Assembly: GCA_046075565.1 (NCBI GenBank)
Contig: JBJTQJ010000074.1
Location: 1 to 38,144, forward strand
Source of the DNA: Verrucomicrobiales bacterium
GTDB lineage: Bacteria > Verrucomicrobiota > Verrucomicrobiia > Verrucomicrobiales > SLCJ01
DNA: 38,144 nucleotides
Reading direction: 5' to 3'
The position numbers were made by a program, and so were the translations under genes. Within the stretch, counting starts at the first letter, position 1; the number at the start of each line of letters is the position of its first letter. The notes beneath the pieces were generated by a model that saw only the letters and a list, made by a program, of their open reading frames with translations, had not been told where the DNA came from and made no database searches. Shown in pieces: positions 8,937 to 17,401 of this stretch.

Positions 8937-10142
8937 TCAGATACCCGACACCGCGGCCGCAGCCAGGTTTCCTGAAATCACCGCGCCTTCGATGCTCGCG
9001 TGCTGGAGGTAGTCGCCCGCGAGAAGCACCCTTTCGCGAGGAGTCGATACACCTCTCGCTTTGGAATCAATCATCGGCAGGGCGTAGGGAATGCGGTAGC
9101 CACGCAACCAATCAAAGCGCTGCTTCGGAAACCAGTTCGCTAATTGCGATTCCACGGCAGGTCTCAGGCTTTCCGGGTCATGTTCTCCAAGAACAGTGAC
9201 GGAAAGCAGGCTCCGGTCCCGCGGAGCATATCCCGGCCCCACACGATCCAAGGGCACAAGATTGTGGATCGGTCCAGGCCCGGCGTTCAACCCGACCATG
9301 GCTTCGGTCCAGGGCGGTGAGTCGGAACTAAAATACAAACAAGTAACGGCATGACCTTTCGGTTCCGGTTGGCCGGTTAGCCTTGCCGCCACCGGACCTT
9401 CGGTCGCCACGACCACCGCGTCGGCCTGGGTTGATGAGCCGTTGGTGTGGATCAACGTGGTTCCTTCAAGCCGGGCAACCGGATTACGATAAGAAATGGC
9501 TCCGGCTCGGGAGGCAAGACGTGCGGGAATTTGCCCCATGCCTCCGGCGGGCAGCGCGGCGAAACCCCTAGCAAAATGCCCGAAGGTGAAGCGGAACATC
9601 GCCGCCGAAGTTGCCAGTTCTTTTTCAAGGAAGATGCCACCGTAGAATGGACGGAAAAACCGTTGGATGATCCGCTCGCTGAATCCTCGGGCGCGAATCC
9701 AGTCAAGCGCGCTCGTTTCGCCGTAGGCGGTGTCGTAGACCGGTTCGGTTGAGGCCAAGGAATGCCTCAACAAAGCGACGCGGATTTTGTCCCCGAGTGT
9801 GCCCACCGGTGCGCGCCAGGCATCGAGCAAATCTTCCCATGACTCGACGCGGAACGGATCGGGAACACGATACCAGCGGTCCCCCACCCTCAGCATCGCC
9901 CCCGGAGAGAATGGATACAAAGCGGGAGCGTCTTTCCCCAGCAGTTTGCCCGTTTCCTTGTAGCCGCTCAAGAAGACTTGGAATCCACGATCCAAGCGGT
10001 AAAGCCCGAAATCATCGGTGCGCACGCGTCCGCCGGGAGAGTCCGATGCTTCAAACACGACCGTCTTCACACCGAGCTGGCGCAAACGGATGGCGCAGGC
10101 GAGTCCGGCCATGCCGGCACCGATGATGGCGACCTTGGCCAT
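8937..10142 (-). CDS. FAD-dependent oxidoreductase (amine oxidase/protoporphyrinogen oxidase/phytoene desaturase-like)
   Basis: IIGAGMAGLAC Rossmann motif, EASDSPGGRVRT, LDRGFQ, AGDY...SIEGAVISG; alternative TTG start at 10157 overlaps the upstream stop. Confidence 0.82.
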   Translation of the reverse strand: MAKVAIIGAGMAGLACAIRLRQLGVKTVVFEASDSPGGRVRTDDFGLYRLDRGFQVFLSGYKETGKLLGKDAPALYPFSPGAMLRVGDRWYRVPDPFRVESWEDLLDAWRAPVGTLGDKIRVALLRHSLASTEPVYDTAYGETSALDWIRARGFSERIIQRFFRPFYGGIFLEKELATSAAMFRFTFGHFARGFAALPAGGMGQIPARLASRAGAISYRNPVARLEGTTLIHTNGSSTQADAVVVATEGPVAARLTGQPEPKGHAVTCLYFSSDSPPWTEAMVGLNAGPGPIHNLVPLDRVGPGYAPRDRSLLSVTVLGEHDPESLRPAVESQLANWFPKQRFDWLRGYRIPYALPMIDSKARGVSTPRERVLLAGDYLQHASIEGAVISGNLAAAAVSGI

Positions 10143-10153
10143 GGGAGTGAGAT

Positions 10154-11254
10154 TCAAGTCGCGGCGTGGCGGGCGTGCCAGTCGCGGAAAACCCGCGGGC
10201 TGATTTCGGAGGGTTTGATCTCGCTGCGTCCGCCCCAGAAAACATTCGTGTAGTCCACGGGAATGCCGACGGCGGCGAGGTGGGCATCAATGGCCGCTTT
10301 ATGTTCCAACACGCGCTCCTTCTCCGTGCCATGCACGACCCCCATGATATTTACATTGGCGAATTCCTCGCCGCCCTCCCGCCAATAACAATGGGTCATG
10401 ATAAAATGCCGACCGACTTCCCCGCCCGCCCGTTCCTGCATGCCTTGGGGAACACGCCAGTGGAAAAGTCCGTTGAAACGGGTGACCCGTTTGCCGGTGG
10501 CGCTCGGCTTCACGTGTTCAAGGAAGGTGGAGAAACGTCCGATCACCTTTTTGGCATCGAGTCCACGAGCGATGCGGAGGAATTCTTCACGCGCCACCCC
10601 GGCGGTTTTGGCTCGGCCAAGCCATGGGTCGGCGGTGATTTCCTCCGGCTTCAACTCTTCCTTCAGGGCAAGCAGGACATTCCACTCTTCATCCGAAAGC
10701 CGGGCCGGAGAAACCTTCATCATGCGCGCGGGTTCCTCGGCGCGATCGCCTGGCTCCATGACTGAACGACGCACATGCCCGACCCCCAAGGCAAAGATGC
10801 CGTACGCGGGCATGAGGATATACTTCTCGGCTCCGGTCAATCGCTTGAGCGCGTCGGCATGGAATTCCAGTGATTGGCCCTGCGGAACCTTCAATGTGGT
10901 CCAGAGCTTATATTCCGAACCGCTGATCTCACGATCGGTCGAGCGCAGCACGACGTGGCCGGAGAACGGATCTTCTTTCGACATGAAATCGAAGGCGGCG
11001 TCTATCCTATCCGAAGGCACCCGCCATGCGACCAGAGCGCCTTCGGCTAGTTGGTTGGCGAGTAAAGTCTGCCGGACCCGACGGATGACTCCTGCTTCGA
11101 GCATGGCGCGCACTCGCTCTAGCACGGTTTCAAGCGGCACGCCCGATTCACGGCTGATGTGATGGAATGGGTCTTCATGAAAGCCCTGCACGCGGTCTTC
11201 AGAGACAGCTAGGATGCGGGCATTGATCGGGTCGTCGTGTTCGGTCGGGATCAT
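10154..11254 (-). CDS. Fused AhbA/AhbB (NirDL/NirGH-like, Lrp/AsnC-type) siroheme decarboxylase-like protein
   Basis: Two tandem HTH plus Lrp/AsnC modules (GVIRRV; VIGRF), THCYWR motif in the second module; ATGA overlap with the ctaA stop. Confidence 0.72.
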   Translation of the reverse strand: MIPTEHDDPINARILAVSEDRVQGFHEDPFHHISRESGVPLETVLERVRAMLEAGVIRRVRQTLLANQLAEGALVAWRVPSDRIDAAFDFMSKEDPFSGHVVLRSTDREISGSEYKLWTTLKVPQGQSLEFHADALKRLTGAEKYILMPAYGIFALGVGHVRRSVMEPGDRAEEPARMMKVSPARLSDEEWNVLLALKEELKPEEITADPWLGRAKTAGVAREEFLRIARGLDAKKVIGRFSTFLEHVKPSATGKRVTRFNGLFHWRVPQGMQERAGGEVGRHFIMTHCYWREGGEEFANVNIMGVVHGTEKERVLEHKAAIDAHLAAVGIPVDYTNVFWGGRSEIKPSEISPRVFRDWHARHAAT

Positions 11255-12267
11255 GGGGATGGTCGGGCGGCAGTTACTTTGTGCAAGTCCGACGGGGCCG
11301 GACTTTGGCCCGGAACGAAGTCCAGAACAAGCCGGAATGCGACGGCGCCGAGAGCGGCGGCTACGCCAAGGTGCAGGAATTGGCTGGCCGGCGGCAGCTC
11401 GAAATACGCGAGGGATATTCCGAGTGCGATTTGGACAAGGACCAGATTGAAGGCAAGGCGGGCGCGTTTGGCGATGGGGACCCACTGCCGGCGGGCAATC
11501 CACCAGAGCCCGCCCGCGGAAAGCAAAACCGTCCAGGAGAAAGCCCGGTGGAAGTGATCGAAAAAGCCCACGTGGTCAATCCATTCGCTTCGGGACAAGT
11601 CGAGCCGGGTATCCGAGACATGGTCGAGCAGCTCGCGCACATGCGTGCCACCGAGCACCTGCCCCAGGGTGGTGATAAGCAACAATCCGGCGAGAATGGC
11701 CAGTTTCCTCCGGACCGGCGCGGGCGCTCCCGATGCCAGTTTCTGTTTGCCGTGGGCCACCCAACTGGTGATGAGGATGAGAGCGAGGATCACCAATGCC
11801 ATGGCCATGTGGATGGTGATCATGTTTTGCTTCAATCCCGAGCGCACGACCAGCGCTCCCAGCCACCCCTGGAAGCCCATGGCCAACAAGGTCAGGAAAG
11901 AGAGCACGAAATACAACGGCTTGTCCCGCAAGCGACCCATGGCCGCGACGACCATGGCGATGACGGCGAATCCGGCCAAGACACCCCAGAGGCGGTTCAG
12001 GTATTCGATCCACATTTTCTCCTTGTTGAAGAAAACTCGCGGGTCCGGGGCTGCTCGGAACTCGGCGGGAATCTTGGCGGGGTTGATCTTTTCCAGTGGA
12101 ATGGCGGCAGCCGACTCGGGCGGCCACCAGGAACCCCAGCAGCGCGGCCAGTCCGGACACCCGAGACCAGCGCCGGTAGCGCGCACGAGTCCACCGATGA
12201 AGATGAGCGAGATCACCATGAAAAGCGCGATCCGGCAGGTCCATTGCATGGCATCAGCTTTCTTCAT
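11251..12267 (-). CDS. ctaA: Heme A synthase (COX15/CtaA family)
   Basis: GGLVRATGAGLGCPDWPRC, WIEYLNR, QGWLG, HMAMA, HFHR, HLGVA; ATGA overlap with the upstream gene. Confidence 0.9.
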   Translation of the reverse strand: MKKADAMQWTCRIALFMVISLIFIGGLVRATGAGLGCPDWPRCWGSWWPPESAAAIPLEKINPAKIPAEFRAAPDPRVFFNKEKMWIEYLNRLWGVLAGFAVIAMVVAAMGRLRDKPLYFVLSFLTLLAMGFQGWLGALVVRSGLKQNMITIHMAMALVILALILITSWVAHGKQKLASGAPAPVRRKLAILAGLLLITTLGQVLGGTHVRELLDHVSDTRLDLSRSEWIDHVGFFDHFHRAFSWTVLLSAGGLWWIARRQWVPIAKRARLAFNLVLVQIALGISLAYFELPPASQFLHLGVAAALGAVAFRLVLDFVPGQSPAPSDLHKVTAARPSP

Positions 12268-12962
12268 TTCTGCTCCTTCCATGCTTTTGTCCGGACAACG
12301 ACGTCTTCCCCTTCGGCGGCCAAAGCGGAAAGTTGGCGAATGCGTTCATTCCATTTTTCATCTTTCTGGTATCGCTCCAGAAGATGGTAAAGCGAGAATT
12401 GGCTGGTAAACCAGTCCGGGATCTCCTTACCAGGAACAACCAACGATTCGACACGAAAGGCGGGTTGGCCCTCGGTAAGTTCAGGAACCATCACGACCTT
12501 GCCGATGAGATACCGCTTCTTGTTCTCCCATGGCAATCCATTGATGGGATAACAGATCGAACAATTGATCTTTCCTTCGCTGATGGAGCTGACATGCAGT
12601 TGGCCGCGCAGGCTGGCCAAGGACTCTTCGGTGGCAATCAAATGGTTGAGCGCCGCCGCGCTGGCTTTCATTTCCAATCGTGTTCCCTCGTCGAGCGCTC
12701 TTGTAAATCCTGCGATCTCCGTGGCGAAAGCAGTGCCCTGATCTTCGGGAAGTTTTTCAACAATTTGCAGTTGCGGTTCCGGACGGGTGAACTCATCAAT
12801 TGCCTTGTTCTGTTGCAACCCCTGCCAGAAAGTCCACGCGATTAGAGCGGCGAAAAAAACAACACCGACGAGACCGACCGCGCAACCGAACAACGGCCCG
12901 CGTGCCCCGGGCCCCGGGGGCGGACTTGCCGAAGATTGATGGTCGTTGTTGCCGTCACTCAT
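12264..12962 (-). CDS. Hypothetical single-pass membrane protein
   Basis: N-terminal hydrophobic helix followed by a soluble domain; tightly packed between the putA-like gene and ctaA. Confidence 0.7.
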   Translation of the reverse strand: MSDGNNDHQSSASPPPGPGARGPLFGCAVGLVGVVFFAALIAWTFWQGLQQNKAIDEFTRPEPQLQIVEKLPEDQGTAFATEIAGFTRALDEGTRLEMKASAAALNHLIATEESLASLRGQLHVSSISEGKINCSICYPINGLPWENKKRYLIGKVVMVPELTEGQPAFRVESLVVPGKEIPDWFTSQFSLYHLLERYQKDEKWNERIRQLSALAAEGEDVVVRTKAWKEQK

Positions 12963-12966
12963 GGAA

Positions 12967-15900
12967 TCAGGATTCGCGCTCCGTGGTAAGATTCCCGTGT
13001 CGATGGGTCATCTCGGAGATGGTCTGCTCCCGGAAGTAATTTATCAATTCGATACGTCCGTTGGCCAGGATCGGTTGATCGATAACGGTCAAATGATGGC
13101 GTCCCGCGGCGCGGTAAACTTCACCGACGGTTCCCTGGGGGACGCGAAGTTGGTCGTAGCGGGCGGCATCCTTTTCCAGGCGACGGGCCAATTCATCCTC
13201 GGTCTCGATGGTCATGGGCAAACCGAGTGCGTCGGCCAGAGAGGAAGGACGCTGGAGGCTCAGTTCGATTTGCACACCGGTGGTCATGGCGGCGAGCACC
13301 GCGCCTGCCAGCAAAAGGGACTCGAACGGCTCGCGCAGACGAAGGAGAATGCCACGGGGCAGTGGACGATAGCGGAAGGTGTCGCGTTGTCCGGCGAGGG
13401 CGGCCGGGTCGTGCTCCACCCCGAATTCCACGTTCATGAAGTGCTGATAGCTCGCCGCCGCCGCGTCGGCCACGCTTTTCTCCAGGTCCTGCTTGAGCCA
13501 ACGATGCATCGTCTGCAAAACCTCCGCCACCTCCGGCCGGACCTGCGCCCGATGAACCGGTATGTCCTGCTGCGTCCACTGGCAGAGGCTCGCCACATGA
13601 TTCGGCCCGCCAATCTTCGCCCCGGGTCCGATGATAGAATGTTTCCATCCGCCGAATGGCTGACGCCGGACGATCGGCGAAGTGATGGGAAGATTGATGT
13701 AAGCATTCCCCACCTGCACCGCATCGCGCCAGCGCTCGATCTCGCGATCATCAAGGGAATGAATGCCACCCGTTAATCCGAAGGATTGGTCGTTCTGGAT
13801 GCGAATCGCGTCTTCGAGGTCGCGGGCACGGATGAGACCGAGCACCGGTCCGTGCAGCGGTGTGCGGTGAAACCAGGATCCAGGCTGGATTCCGAGTTTA
13901 ATGGCGGGTGACCAAACGGCGGAACCACGGCTGTTCGCCTTTGGCTCGAGCAACCATTCTTCTCCGGGATCGTTGGTGAGAAGAGCACGCTGCAAATCCT
14001 TCGACGGTGGATGCAGCATGGGCGTGACGATCACTCCTGGCGTCCAAGCTCCTCCGACCTTTAAAGACGCGGCTGCATCCTTGAGCTGCCTGCGGAAAGC
14101 AGGATCATCGTAAACCTCGGCCTCCACAATGGCCAGAGAGATAGCGTGGCATTCTTGGCCGGCACGGGTGAAGGCAGAAAGAAGCAGGTCCTTGATGGCG
14201 AGATCAAGATCCGCACTAGCGGTAATGATCATCGAGTTCTTTCCCGATGTTCCGGCGTGCAGCCTTGGATGCGCCTTCCAACCTTGCAAAAGGCGGACGG
14301 TATCCGGCGCACCGGTTAGAATGACCGCGTCGGAAAGTCCGCTGGCCATGAATGTGCGGGCCACGTGATTGTCGGGGGCCGCAACAAATTGCAGGACATC
14401 TTTCGGGATACCCGCTTCCCAGAGATGTTTTGCCATCATCCATGTGGCGAGCACGGTCTCCGGCGCGGGTTTGAGAATCACCACATTCCCGGCCATAAGG
14501 GCGGCCACGGTGCTGCCACAGGGCACTGCATAGGGTGATATCCACGATGGTGCCACAACTACCGAGCCAAAGGGAACGGATTGTAAATCCGCGGTGGCTT
14601 CCTTGTTGTCGAAAGCACGAGCGTGGTAATTCGCGAAATCCACCGCCTGACAAACCTCGGCATCTGCTTCCGGCACTGACTTGCCAGCGTCCATCACCAA
14701 GGCAGCGATGGTTTCCCCGCGTTCGCGGGCCATGACACCGGCAGCGCGAATGATCAAGGCCCGGCGCTCGTCAAGGGAAATCGCTGACCATGTCCGGGCC
14801 GCCAATCGCGCCGCCTGAAGGGTCTGGTCGGCTTGAGTTTCGTTGGCCAGCGCATGGGTGTAAGCGACGGTCCCGGGACGTGACGGATCCTGTCCGATCG
14901 CAGGATAGGGCCCGGCGATGGTTTCGCCTGCGATCACGAGCGGAATTTCCGCTGGCGGGCCTTCGCGAAGCCGAGCGAGGCAATCTTGGATCCACGCGCG
15001 GTTCGCCGCTGATGTCCAGTCGGTCGCCGGTTCATTGACAAATGGATCACCTTCCCCACAGCGAGGCTTGCGGCCCTCGACTTGGGAACGATCCTGGTTC
15101 CGATGCGGGGTGATTGAGACACGGTCTCGTTCTGCGCAGGAGCGGAGGAATCGTTCCTTTTGGCTTTCCCAGGCCGGGGTTCCGGGTTCGAGGCCGAAAA
15201 GGACGCGCAGAAAGTGTTCATCGGAAGTGTTTTCGTCAAGGCGCCGGATGAGAGAGGGCATGGCGGAATGAGACTCCGCGCGCTGGACGAGGGAACTGTA
15301 GAGCGACAAACCACCGGCTTCCTGCCGCACGGCACGTGCCTGGTGGTTGGCGATGCCTTCAATCATCTCGATTTCCATGAAGCTGCTCGTTCCGTGATGC
15401 CGGGCCAGCAGCATGGCGTAAGCGATATCGAAGAGATTGTGGGTGCCAACGCCGACGCGTGCCACGGCCGCATTCTCCGGCAGGAGCGCGTGGTGAAGCA
15501 TACGCTTGAAGCTGGCATCCACCTCCTGCTTGCTGCTGTAGGGTGCCTGCGGCCAACCATGGAGAGACGCCTCCAGTTTCTCCATGGAGAGGTTCCCCCC
15601 TTTGACAAGGCGGAATCGAATCGGCGCGCCTCCTGCCTCCACGCGGAGTCGTGCCATCTCCGTGAGCATCTTCTGCGCCGTATGGGAATCGGGAAGATAG
15701 GCCTGCAAGATGATGCCCGCCTCGAGGCCCGCGAACTCAGGCTCCGAAAGGGTGAAGGAAAATGTCTCGACCGTAAGATGGAATTCGCGGTAGTCCTCGA
15801 CATCGAGGCAAATGAATTTCGGCCCCAGTGTGCCATCGTTGCGCGTTGCAGGATTCGCCATGGCGGCGCGGAACAGTCGCCGAAGCCGTTCGCGCGCCGC

Positions 15901-16554
15901 GGCAACCGTCTCTTCAAAGGCGAAAACCTCCATCTGTGGAAGGACGGAGGATAGTTTCACCGACAATGAACCGACCGCGGGGTCCTGAAGAAGGGCAACC
16001 ATGCGGTCCATGCGGTGTGTGGCCTGATCCTCACCCGAGGCTCTTCCGCCTAACAAATTTAGTGTTACCCCGAATCCATTCTTTTTCCGCTGCGCGAGAT
16101 GAGAGTGGAGCTTTTCCGGCGCAGTCGGAAGGATGAATTCAGCGTATTCTTTGATCAATCGCTTGTGAATGAGGGGCAACACCGTTCCGGGCAGAACAGA
16201 CGCAAATCTGGATGCCAGACCCATGAGGAATCGGTCGATGGGCGGCAGGAATTTCGGAATACCGTGGCGGACGACGAGATGCTGGAAAAGTTCGGCCTCC
16301 TTTTGGGAACCTCGAAAGCGGAGAAGCCTATCGGCAAGAGTCAAAGTGAATGCCTTGCCGGCGGGGTCGTCCATCATGCGGGCCATCCTGGCCGCCTGGT
16401 CTTTTTGTCGCCGGCTTTCCTTGGCGCGGGCCGACTTCAACAGTTTGGCCGCGAGAGCAACCGCATCTCTAGCCAAGGGGGCAACAGGATCGGTCTCGGG
16501 ACCAGGGCTGGGGAAAACCGAGCTTTTGGGAGGGAAGTTAGACGGCTCGGACAT
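12967..16554 (-). CDS. putA: PutA-like bifunctional proline dehydrogenase/aldehyde dehydrogenase homologue with divergent active sites
   Basis: PRODH motifs LQAY, RLVKG, THN, RRLDEN; ALDH motifs LKPA, GKN, GQxC, GNAYIN, QPFGGWK; 1195 aa. Canonical activity is uncertain (see findings). Confidence 0.8.
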   Translation of the reverse strand: MSEPSNFPPKSSVFPSPGPETDPVAPLARDAVALAAKLLKSARAKESRRQKDQAARMARMMDDPAGKAFTLTLADRLLRFRGSQKEAELFQHLVVRHGIPKFLPPIDRFLMGLASRFASVLPGTVLPLIHKRLIKEYAEFILPTAPEKLHSHLAQRKKNGFGVTLNLLGGRASGEDQATHRMDRMVALLQDPAVGSLSVKLSSVLPQMEVFAFEETVAAARERLRRLFRAAMANPATRNDGTLGPKFICLDVEDYREFHLTVETFSFTLSEPEFAGLEAGIILQAYLPDSHTAQKMLTEMARLRVEAGGAPIRFRLVKGGNLSMEKLEASLHGWPQAPYSSKQEVDASFKRMLHHALLPENAAVARVGVGTHNLFDIAYAMLLARHHGTSSFMEIEMIEGIANHQARAVRQEAGGLSLYSSLVQRAESHSAMPSLIRRLDENTSDEHFLRVLFGLEPGTPAWESQKERFLRSCAERDRVSITPHRNQDRSQVEGRKPRCGEGDPFVNEPATDWTSAANRAWIQDCLARLREGPPAEIPLVIAGETIAGPYPAIGQDPSRPGTVAYTHALANETQADQTLQAARLAARTWSAISLDERRALIIRAAGVMARERGETIAALVMDAGKSVPEADAEVCQAVDFANYHARAFDNKEATADLQSVPFGSVVVAPSWISPYAVPCGSTVAALMAGNVVILKPAPETVLATWMMAKHLWEAGIPKDVLQFVAAPDNHVARTFMASGLSDAVILTGAPDTVRLLQGWKAHPRLHAGTSGKNSMIITASADLDLAIKDLLLSAFTRAGQECHAISLAIVEAEVYDDPAFRRQLKDAAASLKVGGAWTPGVIVTPMLHPPSKDLQRALLTNDPGEEWLLEPKANSRGSAVWSPAIKLGIQPGSWFHRTPLHGPVLGLIRARDLEDAIRIQNDQSFGLTGGIHSLDDREIERWRDAVQVGNAYINLPITSPIVRRQPFGGWKHSIIGPGAKIGGPNHVASLCQWTQQDIPVHRAQVRPEVAEVLQTMHRWLKQDLEKSVADAAAASYQHFMNVEFGVEHDPAALAGQRDTFRYRPLPRGILLRLREPFESLLLAGAVLAAMTTGVQIELSLQRPSSLADALGLPMTIETEDELARRLEKDAARYDQLRVPQGTVGEVYRAAGRHHLTVIDQPILANGRIELINYFREQTISEMTHRHGNLTTERES

Positions 16555-16776
16555 GAACGAGGGACGATCGCCATTTACGACGGGCGTAACACTTTGGGAC
16601 TTGTTGGCTTTTGTTCAAGGAAATGCCATGGAAAAATGCCCTACTCTTGCAAGATCGGCCTGTTTCGGGGATAAAATCCCACATCGTCGGAAGAAAATGA
16701 AGCCTTTTGGCTGAGGAATCGGATTGCGATCCGCCGGGGGTCTGGTAGTCTTTTAGGCATCCCAAACCAAATTGCC

Positions 16777-17394
16777 GTGGATGCGACCCTAGATCAGTCT
16801 GTTCTCGTGCTTAACCGACTCTGGCAGCCGGTGCACGTGTGCGGCGTCCGCCGCGCCCTCGGGCTGCTTTTCCTCGGCCATGCCGATGTGGTACACGTTC
16901 ACGGCGAGGGGGACATCCGCACCTACGATCTCGATGCTTGGTTGGAAAACTCCATGTCGCCGGATTGGGCTGACAATGATATCGTGCACGGCCCCCGCAT
17001 CCGCATCGCCGTGCCGAGGATCATCGTGCTGGGACGATATGACCGCATCCCGCGAAAGGAAATCCGTTTCACCCGCGACAATGTCTTCCAGCGCGACTCC
17101 TACGTTTGCCAATACTGCGGCAATCGCTTCGACCCCCGTCAGCTCAATATCGACCACGTGATTCCACGGGATAAAGGTGGTCCGACAACCTGGGAAAATG
17201 TGGTGACTTCCTGCATTCCTTGCAATAGCCGCAAGGCGAACAAGCTGCCGCATATCGCCCGTATGGTGCCTTTGCGTCCGCCGCGCCCCCCGCGCTGGCG
17301 CCCGCTTTCCACTAGCTTGCGCCGCACCCGCCTCCATCATAAAGATTGGGCTTACTTCGTCGAGTTGCCCAACGATGCCGTGCAGATGGGTTAG
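16777..17394 (+). CDS. HNH endonuclease (McrA-like, zinc-binding)
   Basis: VLVLN N-terminus, RDSYVCQYCG, IDHVIPRDKGG, WENVVTSCIPCNSRK; GTG start. Confidence 0.88.
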   Translation: MDATLDQSVLVLNRLWQPVHVCGVRRALGLLFLGHADVVHVHGEGDIRTYDLDAWLENSMSPDWADNDIVHGPRIRIAVPRIIVLGRYDRIPRKEIRFTRDNVFQRDSYVCQYCGNRFDPRQLNIDHVIPRDKGGPTTWENVVTSCIPCNSRKANKLPHIARMVPLRPPRPPRWRPLSTSLRRTRLHHKDWAYFVELPNDAVQMG

Positions 17395-17401
17395 CGGATC
17401 T

